Source: Psilocybe cubensis (Eukaryota). From it: DNA of 64,000 bases. Below the pieces are notes generated by a model, which was not told the origin of the DNA, ran no database searches, and saw only the letters and a list, made by a program, of their open reading frames with translations. Below are positions 11,436-24,322 of the stretch, one piece after another. The position numbers were made by a program, and so were the translations under genes. Position 1 is the stretch's first letter, and every line of letters begins with the position of its first letter. The stretch spans positions 310,001 to 374,000 of the forward strand of contig CM039003.1 of NCBI GenBank assembly GCA_017499595.2, read 5' to 3'.

Positions 11436-12920
11436 GCAGGCGTGTGGTGGTGTGTTTTTCCTCATCCCCTCTTCGGGTTCTCGGCCTCGTCTCCTCCTCC
11501 TCTCCTCAAGGTAAGCGCGATTCTCCTTGAGCGCGTCGGTTGACTGTTGAACATTCAACTCGCAGGTTTTGGTGCTGGGGCGCGTCGGGACGAGTGGTAC
11601 TGCAGGCAGGCAAGTCAATATTTGCCACTGTGAGGATCGTGCTCACCATGTATTCGAGCAGCTCGCCGTTGCCGCCTTGTAAACTTGTCGGACGAGCTAG
11701 ATGGCGGGGAGCGAGGTAGGTGTTTCCACCTTTTGAAGGACCATGCTGATGGTCGACGTGGCTAGTGGTGTAGACGCGAGTCGGAGCCTGCTCGCTGGTG
11801 AGTGTTGCCACTGGCTTGTGTGCACTGCTGATGCTCTTGTTGCAGATAGTGTGCTCGTTGTGGCGGGTGTTGGTGTCTCCGTAAGTCGGGTTTTCTTTAC
11901 CTCGACGCGTCGTAGAGTCTCTGTTGATGTATAATGACACAGCGGACAACACGTCATGCGGCGGAGGTGCTGGACTGTGGGGGTCGCATTGGGGTGTGCT
12001 GTAGGCAGGTAAGTCACTGTTGGTCACTGTGGGGAATGTGCTGACCGTGTCTTTTAGCAGCTCACCATTATTGCGGCCGTTGTAAGTGGTAAGTATATCC
12101 TCCTATCTCTTGGATGGCGCGGCTGATGTTGTGTTGTTGCAGACTGGTAGGTGTTTTCACCCACTTGAAGACAGTGTTGATGGACGTGGCAGGTGGCGTG
12201 GACGCGAGTCGGGGAGGGCTTTCAGGTGAGTGTTCCCACAGACTTGTGGTCATTCCTAATGCTTTGACAGCGTGCTCGTTGTTGCGGGTGCTGCCGTCTA
12301 GGTCAGTCGGCTTTCCTTTACCTCGTCGCGTCTGTTGACGTGGGATGAGACAGCGGACCTTGGAGATGCTGAACGCGTCATTCGGCGGAGGCGGACTCGG
12401 ACTGTCAGGGTCGCATCGGGATGTGCTGCAGGCAGGCAAGCAAGTCAATGTTGGTGAGTGTGGGGAATGTGCTGACCGTGTATTTGAGCAGCTCACCGTT
12501 GCCGCCTTGTAGACTTGTCGGACGAGCTAGATGGCGGGGAGCGAGGTAGGTGTCTCCACCTTTTTGAAGGACAATGCTGATATTCGACGTGTCTAGTGGT
12601 GTAGACGCGAGTCGGGGCCTGCTCGAGGGTGAGTGTTTCCCCTGGCTTGTGTGCATTGCTAATGCTTTGACAGTTTTCTCGTCGTTGCGGGTGCTGGTGT
12701 CTAGGTGAGTCGGCTTTAATTTACACCGTCGCGTCGTAGAGCCTGTTGACGTAGGATGAGACAGTGATAGTCGACGCGTCATTTGGCGGAGGTGCTGGAC
12801 ATTTAGGTCAGTGAATGTTTTCTCTCTGCGTGAGTGTGCTCACCGTGTCCTGTACATGTATATAACCAGTCATTGAGATACTGACTCCCAAGGCGTCGGT
12901 GGCGCTGAGCTATGTTGCAG
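11429..12920 (+). ncRNA. Putative multi-intron, micro-exon non-coding transcript or leader (~15 introns)
   Basis: Consecutive donor/branch/acceptor sets: 11511-11565, 11610-11661 (GC), 11716-11765, 11798-11845, 11881-11942, 12009-12060, 12089-12142, 12147-12192, 12226-12270, 12302-12353, 12440-12491 (GC), 12546-12596, 12629-12673, 12705-12764, 12807-12920. No long ATG-initiated ORF was found after splicing. Confidence 0.6.
11570..12845 (+). repeat. Three tandem ~400-430-bp units; units 1 and 3 most alike
   Basis: gacgcgagtcgg occurs at ~11773, ~12201 and ~12604. Segment 11662-11765 is near-identical to 12492-12596 (offset 830). Confidence 0.9.
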
Positions 12921-15204
12921 ACAGAGGCGGCGGCGGCGGCGGCGGCGGTATGGATCTGGGAAGGACGTGTGGAATGAGGTGAAGAACGCGGCTCTGAACT
13001 GTCGACGGTGTGGATGCGTCCCGCTGGCGGTGGTGAAGTATGTTGGAGGGACGCGTCAGGCCAACTGCTTGCTGTCGCGGAAAGGCATGGCTGGCGTGAT
13101 GGACATTGCTGCACCAGTCGGGATGGTTGTAAAAGTCGGGCATGATTGATTGAGGTATTCATGCGACAGCCGGAGAGGCGGTGTGATGCGCCAAGGCGGT
13201 GCGCCTGTTTACACGCACAGGGCAGAGGCCGTTGGTAATCCCTGGCATTCAAGTTCCGCTTTAAAACGGTGGTATCATACATTCGTTGACGGGGCCGCTT
13301 TGCTCACAACCATCCCCCCTGCTCGTCGCCAGCCCCGCTCCCCAGCATCTAATACATCTATTCACGCACGTCGCCGCACAACCGCCCCCGAGAACCATGT
13401 CGGAAATCAAAGGAACCTTGTCATCGTTGGTGATGGTGCTTGCGGAAAGGTATGATCGGCTTTTGACCAGCTCAGAGAACGTCAGCTTGCATGCTGATCA
13501 TCGTCACCCGTCTAGACTTGCATGTTAATCATGTTATCCAAAGGTATATTCCCAGAGGTACGTGCATCGTTAGCCGCCGGCCAGCCAGCCGAGGTGTAGC
13601 GCTTGCTGCTCCTCATTGCACCGTCTTGGGTTGTGTTTAGGCAGCTCCAGCGAATCCCTGGCGGCTTCGTTCGAGGTGTGGAATGCTGATATTGACATTT
13701 AATTCTAGGTATATGTACCAACCGTGTTCGAGAACTCTGTTGCCAATGTCGAGGTCGACGGTAAGTACGTTGAGCTTCAATTGTAAGCTCGTCAAGCTTT
13801 GATGGTAAGCACGTCAACCTTCGTCTCCGCCCTCTCAATTATCCTGATTCGCATGTCATCCCATCCTCATCAGCTTCGCTGTCGACTCCCCAATTCCCTT
13901 TATAACGTCCAGTAAAAGGTGTGTCTTGTCTTTTCTTCATTCCCCCTGCCTGTATAATATCAGACACCGCAATTTACTAACATTGTTGTTGTGTGGTTCC
14001 TCTCTTTTTAGTGCCATACCTATGCCTGCCTGCCTCTCATTCTCGTCGTCTGCAAAACAGATCTCAGACCTGACTCCCGTGTGATTGAGGAGTTTAGAAT
14101 GACGAGCCGTAACCCCCTCAAAGAGGTGCGTTTCTTTTTCCTACATCACATTTCTGGTTTTCGTACGACTTTGGTGTGATGAGGGGCGAGGTGTGTACAC
14201 ACCCCGACCCCTTATCTGAGCGCCGTTTTGTGACATTTTTGCGCTTCGTTCGAATCTGAATAACGGCATTCTTTTTTTGATGTCCTGTTTATCACCATTG
14301 CCTCGTTCCCGCTTCTCTTATCCACATCGTGATCCCCGTCGCCACCAACATTGACGCCGTATTTCAATCCAATTTTATTTTATTTTTTTTTTCATGCATC
14401 ATGTTTTATTTATTCCAACTTGGTACTCGCCACCAACATTGACGCCGTTTTTCAATACAAATTTCATTATTTTTTCCATGCATCATTCTTTTACACTCTT
14501 CCTCTTTTGTTGATTCCAACTTGTCACTAACCGTCATGTTTCTAGGGTATGGCAGTCGCCCAGAAGATCGGGGCAAAGCACTACCTCGAATGCTCCGCCA
14601 AGTCGGGTGAAGGCGTCCGCGAAGTCTTCCAGTACGCCACCCGCGCCGCACTGCTCAGCAGAGGAAAGGGCAAGAAGAGCCACCATTGCATCGTGTTGTA
14701 GATGGCGTAGCTTATCCCTTTTACCATTTGTTTCTTTCCATCTTCATTCATTCTTCCTTTCTTCCTTTTTTTGCTTTTTTCTTCCTTGACGACTCTCTTT
14801 CACTCTTCTTTCCGAGTACCTTGGATGGTTGAATTGGGGTGGGTGAATGTGCAGGGAGGAAAACGGGAGGTGGAGCGAGGGAGGGGTGGGGTGAGGTCAG
14901 GTAGGGAGGAACTTCAACAAGGATAGGGAGGGTCTTGAATATCATTTATACTCGCACCTCGCACCTTCTCTTTCACCTTGTTCCGGTTGGTTGTGGATAA
15001 TGAACATGTGTTAATGCCGGTGGAATGCTCTTCGGTTTCTTTTTTTTTTCTCTTACCTAGTCTTTTTCACTTGATACCGCTTCTTTCTTGATTTTGATTG
15101 ATGATCCACTTTTGACTCTTCTTCTCAAATATACTGCTGCTGCTGCACCTCCCGACTGCGACTGTGAACGAGTTGGCTGTACTGACATGTTTGTCTCTCC
15201 TTGA
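12920..15204 (+). repeat. Segmental duplication copy B (RHO1-pseudogene-bearing block)
   Basis: Direct repeat of 1-2342. Confidence 0.95.
13397..14701 (+). pseudogene. RHO1: RHO1-like small GTPase pseudogene, copy B
   Basis: Same exon-1 frameshift and same loss of ALWDTAGQEDYD as copy A. Last exon 14546-14701 is intact and ends HHCIVL*. Confidence 0.93.
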
Positions 15205-18200
15205 TCTCCTCTTCTATCCCCCCTCGGCTTTTCCTGTTTCCTCTGACCTCTTTGTTGATTTTTTTTCTCGTGCGTTTATCGTGAACTCTGAGTCTCAAAT
15301 CTACCATTCGTCTCGATCTTTTTCTTTGTCCAAGCTCCTATTCCACTATCCGGATTCTGTCGATTCTAATTTGAACAAACTTGGATTTTAATTTCAAGTC
15401 CAATTACATTCCATTGTGATCACTTTTTCTTTTCTTTTACTTATAACGCTCGCCTCCTCGTCCATGTTACTTAGGTTGTGCGTCTGCTTTTGCTATACTT
15501 ACATATATCGCACTTACGAATTGTTGCTGCGCGTACATATGTGCATATTGTGACATTTACATATACAGATATACATACATTACTGTTATCCTTTTCGCTT
15601 TTTGGGACATTGGGTTGTTCTGGGCCGTTCTTGTGCTAGATGGATGTTTTGGTCATTTGCTTCTCTTTGATGCTTCGATGTGGCCTGTTTGTGTTATGTT
15701 ATTAACGTTTATGCATGATGGGTTGATATTGGTCGGTTGGAAAGAAGGATACATTCCTTGTATGCTCTATAGGGAAAAGGTTCAGTATTCACTTGACGCC
15801 CATGTAAGTGCTTCAGTGTCGGCGCCGAAGGTCATCCTACGTCGATGATTCGAGTCTAATTGATGGCACAAAAATTGCTTTTACATGTCTAAGTTCTCGA
15901 CATTTTGTGTACTTTTTCTATAATCTCTGGTTAGGTTTAAATGTTTCCATGTCCTTTATGCACTACGCATTCTTCCAGGACGTCTGCTGGCGCCCATTAT
16001 TATCTCATGAAAATGTGTCGTAAAAATGACAATAATGATAATTCAATTCTTACCACGTAAATAGGTTGAATAGGGAATATTTTGGTTTAGATTTGAACTA
16101 CTTACGGCGTTTTGTAACTCAAAAATGCCTCTTTTTACAAAGTGAACAAGTTTCTTCTTATAAAATCAATGTAAAAATGGGCATTTTCTATCGGATACGT
16201 TTTGGGTGTCCAAAGACAATACCTTGGGGCGTCAGACCTGACGGATGCAAATTTCCTGGGCTGGAACACCAATACATCCTGAAGCTCCCCCCAATGAATA
16301 GTTTTTTGGGAAGTTGTTACAAAAAGTAAACATTTTCCTTGACTAAAATGTTGCAAATGTTTCAAATCATTGCATTTTATTATTGGTTTTTTTCATCGGT
16401 CAAAGGCACTCTCAGTTTGCTCACTTAAATTCATATTTTGCATTATTGCCATTTTTACGAGGGAAATTTCTATGCACGCCAGCAGTAAGCGGCAAAGGCA
16501 ATATTTATTACGTAATCGAGCTTTGATGCACTGCCAAGTTTTCGCGTAGCCGTCATCTTTTCCCTCTTCTCTCTCGCTCACCACTAAATCAAGGTTCTTA
16601 TTGCTGCGATCAGATGAAGCAAGTTGTTGTACCATACAAACTGAGTATGTCTCGCGCGGACAGCTGCTCACAATTGGCTGGATGCCCGACTCTAGCGGGA
16701 TTGTGTAGCCAGCGCGCAGTGAAAACTGTCGTCACGTCGTGCAATCTGGACTTTCTTGGGCAATTTTATTCTGGGTTTCCTGTATCAAAGGTCGGTTATT
16801 TTGTCATGCAATCTTCCGGACGTGGTTCGAGCTCGACAGGAAAAGGAGCTGGGATATTTAAAATTTTAGATGGCGCTTGCATATATGCATATGGTGTGTA
16901 TACTTGTATTGTAGTGCTGTCCCAGGTCCTTGTCTTGTCTTGTGGGCGGCGTGTACGACATCATGATCAACTGTGGCGTTGTGGTTGGATTATACCGGTG
17001 TAGCTGGCGCTGGCCTGGTGATTGGTGATCTTACCGCTGGTTCAATGCGTCGTGAACAAGGTGTGCTGTGGGCGGTGGGACATGCTGTAATTTGTGGGTG
17101 CCGCGTCACGGTTGCTGGATCAGAGTGAAGAACGACTGAAGTTGATATCATATCAGTACGCCGCTGACCATTAAACCACACCTCAGCGCGCTACGGACAA
17201 GTGGAAACTAACCACATCGGTGCTGTCTCCCTTCCGATTGAAACTCGTCTCAGGTCAGTAAAGACTATCACCAAGCAAGTGCTTTATCTAATCGCGTCGT
17301 CCTCCTTGACCGCTGCGCGGGATGCAGTCTCGGAGGTTTTCCAGCTTCACTGTCATTGGTGTATCATAACCTGATAAAAATAAGCATTCTGCCCTAGTAC
17401 GGCGGTAATAGTCCGAGTAGTACCTGTATTCGAGTGAGTGACCTTGTTTTTTCATTCGCTCGTAAAAGGCTCCGTTAATTCCAACTTGTATGAAAGTCGT
17501 ACACGACGTGTCTTCGGTTATGACTCCGCGGTGGGGGGACCGGAGGTTTGTAGCTATTATGGCCCATATATCGCTGCAAGTCGGATCACCTTTGAAGCAG
17601 GACGAGACCGTCTATTCTTGTGGAGACGCTTTGGACGGACCCCGCACGTGGAAAAGGAAGACCATCTTGCTGAATCGCCTTGGGTTCTCAAGAGCGTCAG
17701 TGCACAAGAAGCATTTTCCTGGAATCACCCGGAATAGCTGATCATAGAGTTGTGCTGTGGGCGATCGCATTCAAACTGTTGTGGGGGGTTCATGGCGGGT
17801 GTAAAGCGCAAGCAAAGACAATTGGAAACACAAGGGAAGCCTTGTACACCGTCAATCTTAATTGTGACTCATACACAACGCCCACAGGACACTCTACCTG
17901 CCCGATGACAAACACACCTGCGATGATGGAGTATCTGTCATTGTGTGAGATTAGCCTCTGAACATCCCGTTGGATAAATCTATCAGGCAGTATGGTACGC
18001 CAAACTGCTAGGCACGAGGTCGAGTACCTGAGGGATCTTAGGTCAGAACGCCTGAGAAGATAATAGGACAGAGGGCGGCCCTGTGGGCACTTCTTACTCA
18101 GTACTGCACGGTCTAACCGCCTCGTGCCCTCCGTTTGCTTTTTGTTACCGGTTTAGCCACCCAAGCGGCTAGGCCTTTGACGGACGCATGACTCATGGAG

Positions 18201-19105
18201 ATTTGCGTATGTCGGAATATGCCAAAACATTTACACATGTGCAAACCCACCTTCCATTTTTCCCTATGAGCCCACAGTTTTCCACGGGTGTTACATCAAG
18301 AAAAAAAAGGCTGCGATCAGCGAAGACTCGAAGGTCCGAGTCGTATCCCGTGTCTATTATGTTTATTGGGTTCCTAATTATGACATACTTTAAAGGGAAC
18401 CGGCGGTACTCCATATAGCAAGCTCGGTACTCCATAAGGCAGGCTCTTATCGAGAAAAAGACAAAACTAATGAGACCTCGAAAGGAACTCGTAAAATAAA
18501 CCTTCCGTGCGCTTTTTTGGTGCCGAAAATTATGTCGGTGGACAATGATTGTGACATGTGCAACCGAAGCGAGGTTATCTCTATCTGATCATGATTAACA
18601 CCAGGGACTTTCAATCTCCGAGGGGACGCCCCCGGTGCTGCAGTCGACCATATACAATAGATTATTCAGGATGCGACCAAAAAAAAAATCACCCACGTCC
18701 TTGTTGTTCCAACCCTAACTGGGTCGGCTCCCCCCTCCACCAGTCGGTTGTTAGAAGGTAAAATGTCGTATGTGCGACCTGGCATCCTCCGAAAAGCTGG
18801 TCCGTGCCTTTGGGAGGCTCTGCACGTATAAACATCATCGACCACAGCCAAGTACGATTGCTGATTTCGTCTCATCACCATCTTCTTTGCTCCTTCTCCA
18901 ACTCTCCCCCTTTACTCGCGGCGCATTCCGTAAGAAATAAAACGTTCGGCCGCTCTCCTGGTGTTTTGCACAGCTCTGCAGGTTGCTGTTGTGGTAGTGG
19001 TGATTCGTAATCGGTTATTATGGTCTTTTCTCAGTCCCTTCACTTTCATTTGTTTCTTCTGCTAACTACACCCATTAGCTTCGTGTTCAACTCTCCCTTT
19101 AGAGA

Positions 19106-20653
19106 ATGGTAGACCGAGAAGAGCTTCTTCAAGATGACGCTTCGCCCGCAACGCCGCGTACGTATACGGGCCGCTTTCGCATCGATAATAGACCGGTGGA
19201 CGACAATAGCGACGGGTAAGTGAAAAACAGTCTCATTGTGTACAACATTCCGCGTACAATTTCAAATTTCACATTTTGTAGGACGCCTCAGCCCCCGTCG
19301 TATGTGCCAAGTGCGATTGCAAGGAAGATCATGAAAGGGTCCAAACGAGGAAAGGGTAAATCATCTCAGGGCTCCAGTCCCTCTCCCGTGCCCACATACC
19401 GTATAATACGAGGTCCTCCGTCTGACATTGGGCCTCCCTCGAGGAGACACGATGGGTCGAGTCAGATGTCCTCACGATCCATTTCCGTTCCGTCCGAATC
19501 CGAGCCGCCTTCTACTTCTGTGACCAGGGTATCATCACCTGATAGGGAAGCATCATCCGCAGGCCCCTCAAGCTCGAGATCATCGCCGTGGGGCATGCCA
19601 GGAAGCACATCACCGCGCCGACGAACGCAGACTAGCAAGCTGCGGAATGTAATGATCGCTCAGGACCCGGCGTCCCCACAATATTGCGACACAGACGTAG
19701 AGGTAGAGGTAGAGGTAGAGGCTCCGCCTTCTCCTCCATATGTGCCGCATCCCCATCCGCCCGCAACTCCCCCGCCGCGTGTGTTTCCACCACGCTCTTC
19801 CCACCCATCGGTGAGCACGTCACTGCGGCATGCGTCGCTTCCCCCATCATTGTCGTATCACCATGTACCATCTCACACGCGCCATCCGTCGCTCCCTCCG
19901 GATACAGCATCAGAGTGCCCTGCTGACTCAAGGTATCCGTCGGTACCGCCGTCGACTCCACCAAGCCTTACCCCTCGATTGCGGCACCCTTCACTTCGAT
20001 CCGCCAGCCCGTGGCCGTATCCGGCCTCGCCGTCGAAGAACCCGCCTCTTCGACCACGCTCTTCACACTCTGCAATTTTGCCTCGTCCGCCGTCTCAGCG
20101 GCCTGCATCACCATCATTATCATCGCCGCCGCCACTGCCTGCACCTGCTCCCCCCATAGCAAGCTCTACCTCGGCATCAACATCAGCATCTACATCGACA
20201 GATACGAATACTAATGTGGGCAGGAGACGTGCAAAAGGAAACAGTAAGAGTAATAGCAGTGATGGATCTTCCAGGCCGCCAACAGAGGCCATCATCCACT
20301 GCCAATGGGAAAGTTGTAAATTCGTCATTACAGGTATCCAGAACTTTGGCAAACACCTGAAGCAAGAGCACAGGCTTCCCGTCGTGCAGCACGGGCGGCA
20401 GTCGGGCCCCGTAGTGCAGTGCAACTGGGGACAGTGCGGTGTGGAAATTGCTGGCTTGGAGTTGTATATCCATATTCTGCAGATACACCTCAAGTTTGGG
20501 TATCACTGTCGTGGACTGCAGAAGGATGGCAAGTCGAGGTGCGAGTATAGGCCAAATAGGCTGGACACACTGGAGAGACATTATAAGGCTATACACCCCG
20601 GAGAAAAGAGGCAGTGGGACGAAACGCTCCTGGCGGTCCTGCCTCCACGGTGA
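19106..20653 (+). CDS. Pro/Ser-rich protein with three C-terminal C2H2-type zinc fingers (~493 aa)
   Basis: Exons 19106-19215 and 19282-20653 join in frame. Fingers: CQWESC..HLKQEH, CNWGQC..HILQIH and CRGLQKDGKSRC..HYKAIH. Confidence 0.8.
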
Positions 20654-22445
20654 ATGTTGTGTTTGGAGTTCGGAGGGCGCTTCTAATGCTGCAGCGCCCA
20701 GCCCGTATAACTTATCTGTGATTTTTCATCCTGAGTGAAGGATGCCTGTTGATGCTGCGGATCTGCGCGCGCGTCTAAGTATTTATGCAGTATGTCTAGC
20801 CTAATATGCCATCCTTCAATTCTTATTTACATTGTATATGAATCATAAATAACTTTAGTCGTTGTCCTATCATTTATGCGAACCTATAATTAGATTTACA
20901 TTAGTGGCGTAGGCGCCGCGTTTGCCTTTAATGTATACAAGTTACAACGGATCCCCGAGTGACCCTTTGCAACCGCGCCTTGGCAAGCAAATTTCAATTG
21001 ATGTTATATTGGTCAATTGACGTAACTTGAAATGTGACACTTTGATAGACAGCAAGTCATTTATTTCTCCGCAGAAAGTATAATATTAGCCATGGGATAT
21101 AGTCTACATGTTATCTACGTGTCAACTCTGTGGTGCTGTGGGCAATAAAACAAAGGGGAGGATAAGGCCTCGTCAAGAAGTAGTTTAACTCCTTACTGTG
21201 TATCTTGCTTGATTCATGTTTAACTTTATGATAAAAACCAGCATACACGGTTTCATAGAGTGACTGCTTATCAGTTCCCAGTGTCTGCTCATCGCATCCT
21301 CCTGAGAGCGCCCACACTTGAAGACCCACAAAAGGGCGGCAGTTCGGCAGTTCGTGCCGAGCAATCCGAAATAACAAATCACTCTGTCGGAGTTTGTATT
21401 ATTTGATTGACTGCAGAGATGCCGAGGACGGTTGTCCAACGTGGAATAAGTCGCAATTTCTCAAGAACATATTGAACGTCAATTTGAACATGCAGTATCG
21501 GTATCCGAGTAATTAGAGACATATTTGAGTGTCGGAATGCCAGTACAAGAAAACTCACGGAGATCGAAAGATGTACTCCAGATAGTACGCGTAGTAGCTC
21601 ACACTTGCATCACACATTGCGTGCCTGAAATTGGTGAGTATGTTAGCAAGACATAGAATAATTTATGCGGTCAAATAAAATTCGTTGAGGATTGGCAACC
21701 ACAAGGCATCCAAGGAAGCGAATGTACCCATCAGAACATAAGTCACCTCAAAAGAATGATACCACTTGCCATGGCTGAGGCAATTGTAAGTTCTATTTTC
21801 TGAATACATTCCTCTATGTCTTCATGAAAGCTAATTGCGAGGCATACTTTCAGAGGATTCACATATCAGAGGTATCGCCTGCCGCAACTCCCAGTCCTCC
21901 TTCATCCCCATCTTCAGACTCACATGCACATGCATCCCATCAGCAGCGAAGTGATTCCCCGGCCTATGAAGATCCAGTGATAATGCTGGGTGACATGGTC
22001 ATGGGAAATTCCAGGGGCTCAGAAAACGGAGGGAATGGTTCTTACCATGCTGCTCGAAGGTGAACATGAATCACTTCTCTGAACATGAGAAAATCTTCTT
22101 GATCTGAAAGATGTATGACGAGTTTTGTGGTCCCTTCACACATTCTAGTGGGCTTCGTCTCCAATGCTTCGCGATAGTCTGTCTGTATGATACACAGTAT
22201 CACTCCAATATATGCTATGGTGCCCATGTATTTCTTATTACGTCGTGTGCTATCTAGAGCTGTGTGCTATCTAGAGCTGTGTACAACATGTACATCTATC
22301 GTAAGAGAGAATTGAGGTGCTATTTTTCGTTGCCGGTGCATTGGTTTCCGGCGAGTTGAATTGTTCTTTAATTGCCGAGAGAAGGAATCGGAGTGCGAAA
22401 ACCAACTTGACTCCCAACCACACGCACAATATCACACATCAAGAC

Positions 22446-22897
22446 ATGGAACTGCCACTGCCGAAAGAAAACGTTATACAGGATCAGGATAATGTACATC
22501 AGAAGGTGAAAGAATCGGTTCATCGAACCGTCCAAACATTCGTGGCCTTGTTAGTCACACCATCCTCTCTACGTTCGCCTAGCAGATATAATGGATTTTT
22601 CTCCTAGGTGTCATAAACAGGAAGAAGCCAAATTCTTAGCAGCGTTGAGCCCGAAGAAGCTAGATATGATCGCAAAAAACATTTCTGAAGGGCTTATACT
22701 CCCAGACAATGTGATGGAACCTGAGGAGCAGGATAGTCTTGACCAGATTACGCTGTTTCTTGTGCTAGGTGAAGTAGTAAGCTACCCAGATATCTACTTC
22801 TGATAAGACATATCAGGCTCATGGTTATATTATCTCTAGATTCCTCCTAGCTTTTATATCAAGAAACATCGTGGAAAGAAAGCCAACAGCCTTTTGA
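22446..22897 (+). CDS. Small hypothetical protein (about 3 exons)
   Basis: The MELPLPKENV.., CHKQEEAKFL..VLGEV and AHGYIISRF..* segments can be linked through GT-AG introns. No family recognised. Confidence 0.4.
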
Positions 22898-23412
22898 AGT
22901 CAGCTTTAGAGCGTTCCTCTTACAACAGCTCCAAAGAAACGCAACAAGCACCCCCTAGCCATCCCCTAGGTACTGAAAATGACAACACAGTATCCAAGCA
23001 ACCTTCCGAAACTTAAAATTACGCTGTTAAGCAGACTCTTAGTCGATTTGGGAACGCAATATAATGTAACAGCGTAATTATGCTTTTATATACATGGTAC
23101 CGTACTATGCTTTACCTCGGTAACGAAACAAATGTGGCCTAAATCTTTACAACAATGACTTCAAATATCGCTTCACTACATAAATTTCATTGCCATGACC
23201 AGCGAGTATTCAAGTTACCTAAATGTGTGTTACACTTGGCCTATCGTAATGGTACAGATATCCAGATAACTAATGACGGCACTACGTACAATGATGATAC
23301 ATGTTGAAGTCCAAAAATTTACCCATAGTTTAAACATAACATAACAGGTCTATCAATAACCTGTCCGTCCTCTGAGTGCTAACCAGAGCACCGTATTCCA
23401 GAATGGGCCAAC

Positions 23413-24322
23413 TTAAGAGCTGCGTGGGACGTGCAGAGGAGCATTAGCGACCTTGTTCTTCTTCTTGAAGGCGTTTAAAAGGGTCTTCATTAGCCCTGGC
23501 TCCACCGCTGCTGTTGTATTAGTCGTCGACGAGACCGGTGAATTTCTGTCCTTTGGCTTCTTCGGAATGTACCAGGATCCGTTGGGACCCAGCTCGTTGA
23601 CGTAAATCGCAGTATTCGGCGGACGCTTCATAACTCTTCCAACTTTGCCTGCCTGTCCCGTAATCTTCGCCTTTCCCGACGCTTCTACCCTTGCAAGCCC
23701 CGCGCCAGCGCGAGTCGCTCTCGCGCCGCGAGATGTACTCCCGTTCCCATTTGCTGCTCTCCTCTTGGGGAGCAAAGCCCGTTCCATACTATTTCCACCC
23801 GTGCTACTGGGACCTGACCCGTACGAGTACACCGACGAAGCGGGGGGAGAGGGTGCAGGCATCGGATGGGCAGTCGCATCGCGATGATGACCGATGAAGT
23901 GTTTCTCTACATCGTTCGCCCTTGACTTGAACGTGTCCGAGGCATAGTTCGCCTTGGTATTCGGCTGAGACTGCAGTTGAACACGCGCAGCTGCCGGAAC
24001 TTGGTGGGCACGCGCATGTTGGGTGCTGTTCGGTACATTCGCTTTGGTGGCATTCGGATCGCGATTCTCTCGTCCAGCACTGCGGTCGGAGTCGAGAGTA
24101 CCAGTACGCGAATTTGGTTGGGATGTGGTGGGGGATGTTGTGGACAGAGATGTTGTTCCGAGAGACGTTCTTCTCATGATGATTGTTTGACTTTGCCCGT
24201 TTGGCTTGTACCAGCCTTCTGTGGACTGCAGATATAAAAAAAGCATGAGAGAAATTAGCTGAGTGTAATCATGCACACCAGAATGGTTCGCGACGTACGT
24301 TGTAAGAATACGGGAGTTCCAT
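23413..24322 (-). CDS. Hypothetical low-complexity (Ser/Thr/Arg/Ala-rich) protein
   Basis: A 24-nt first exon (24322-24299, MELPYSYN) splices in frame to the long exon 24225-23413. Confidence 0.6.

Noticed and set aside
11506-13282. Minus-strand ORFs of 106-173 aa with repeated peptides (RLASTP, STRNNEH)
   Set aside because: They are antisense shadows of a GC-rich tandem repeat. Frames shift between units and all splice signals are on the + strand.
518-14701. Functional RHO1 genes
   Set aside because: Both copies share a frameshift and lack the DTAGQ (G3) motif.
21240-22063. Multi-exon gene
   Set aside because: Splice-like signals are present but I could not build a consistent open frame or recognise a family.
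22245-22282. 17-bp tandem duplication gtgtgctatctagagct
   Set aside because: Simple two-copy slippage with no further structure.
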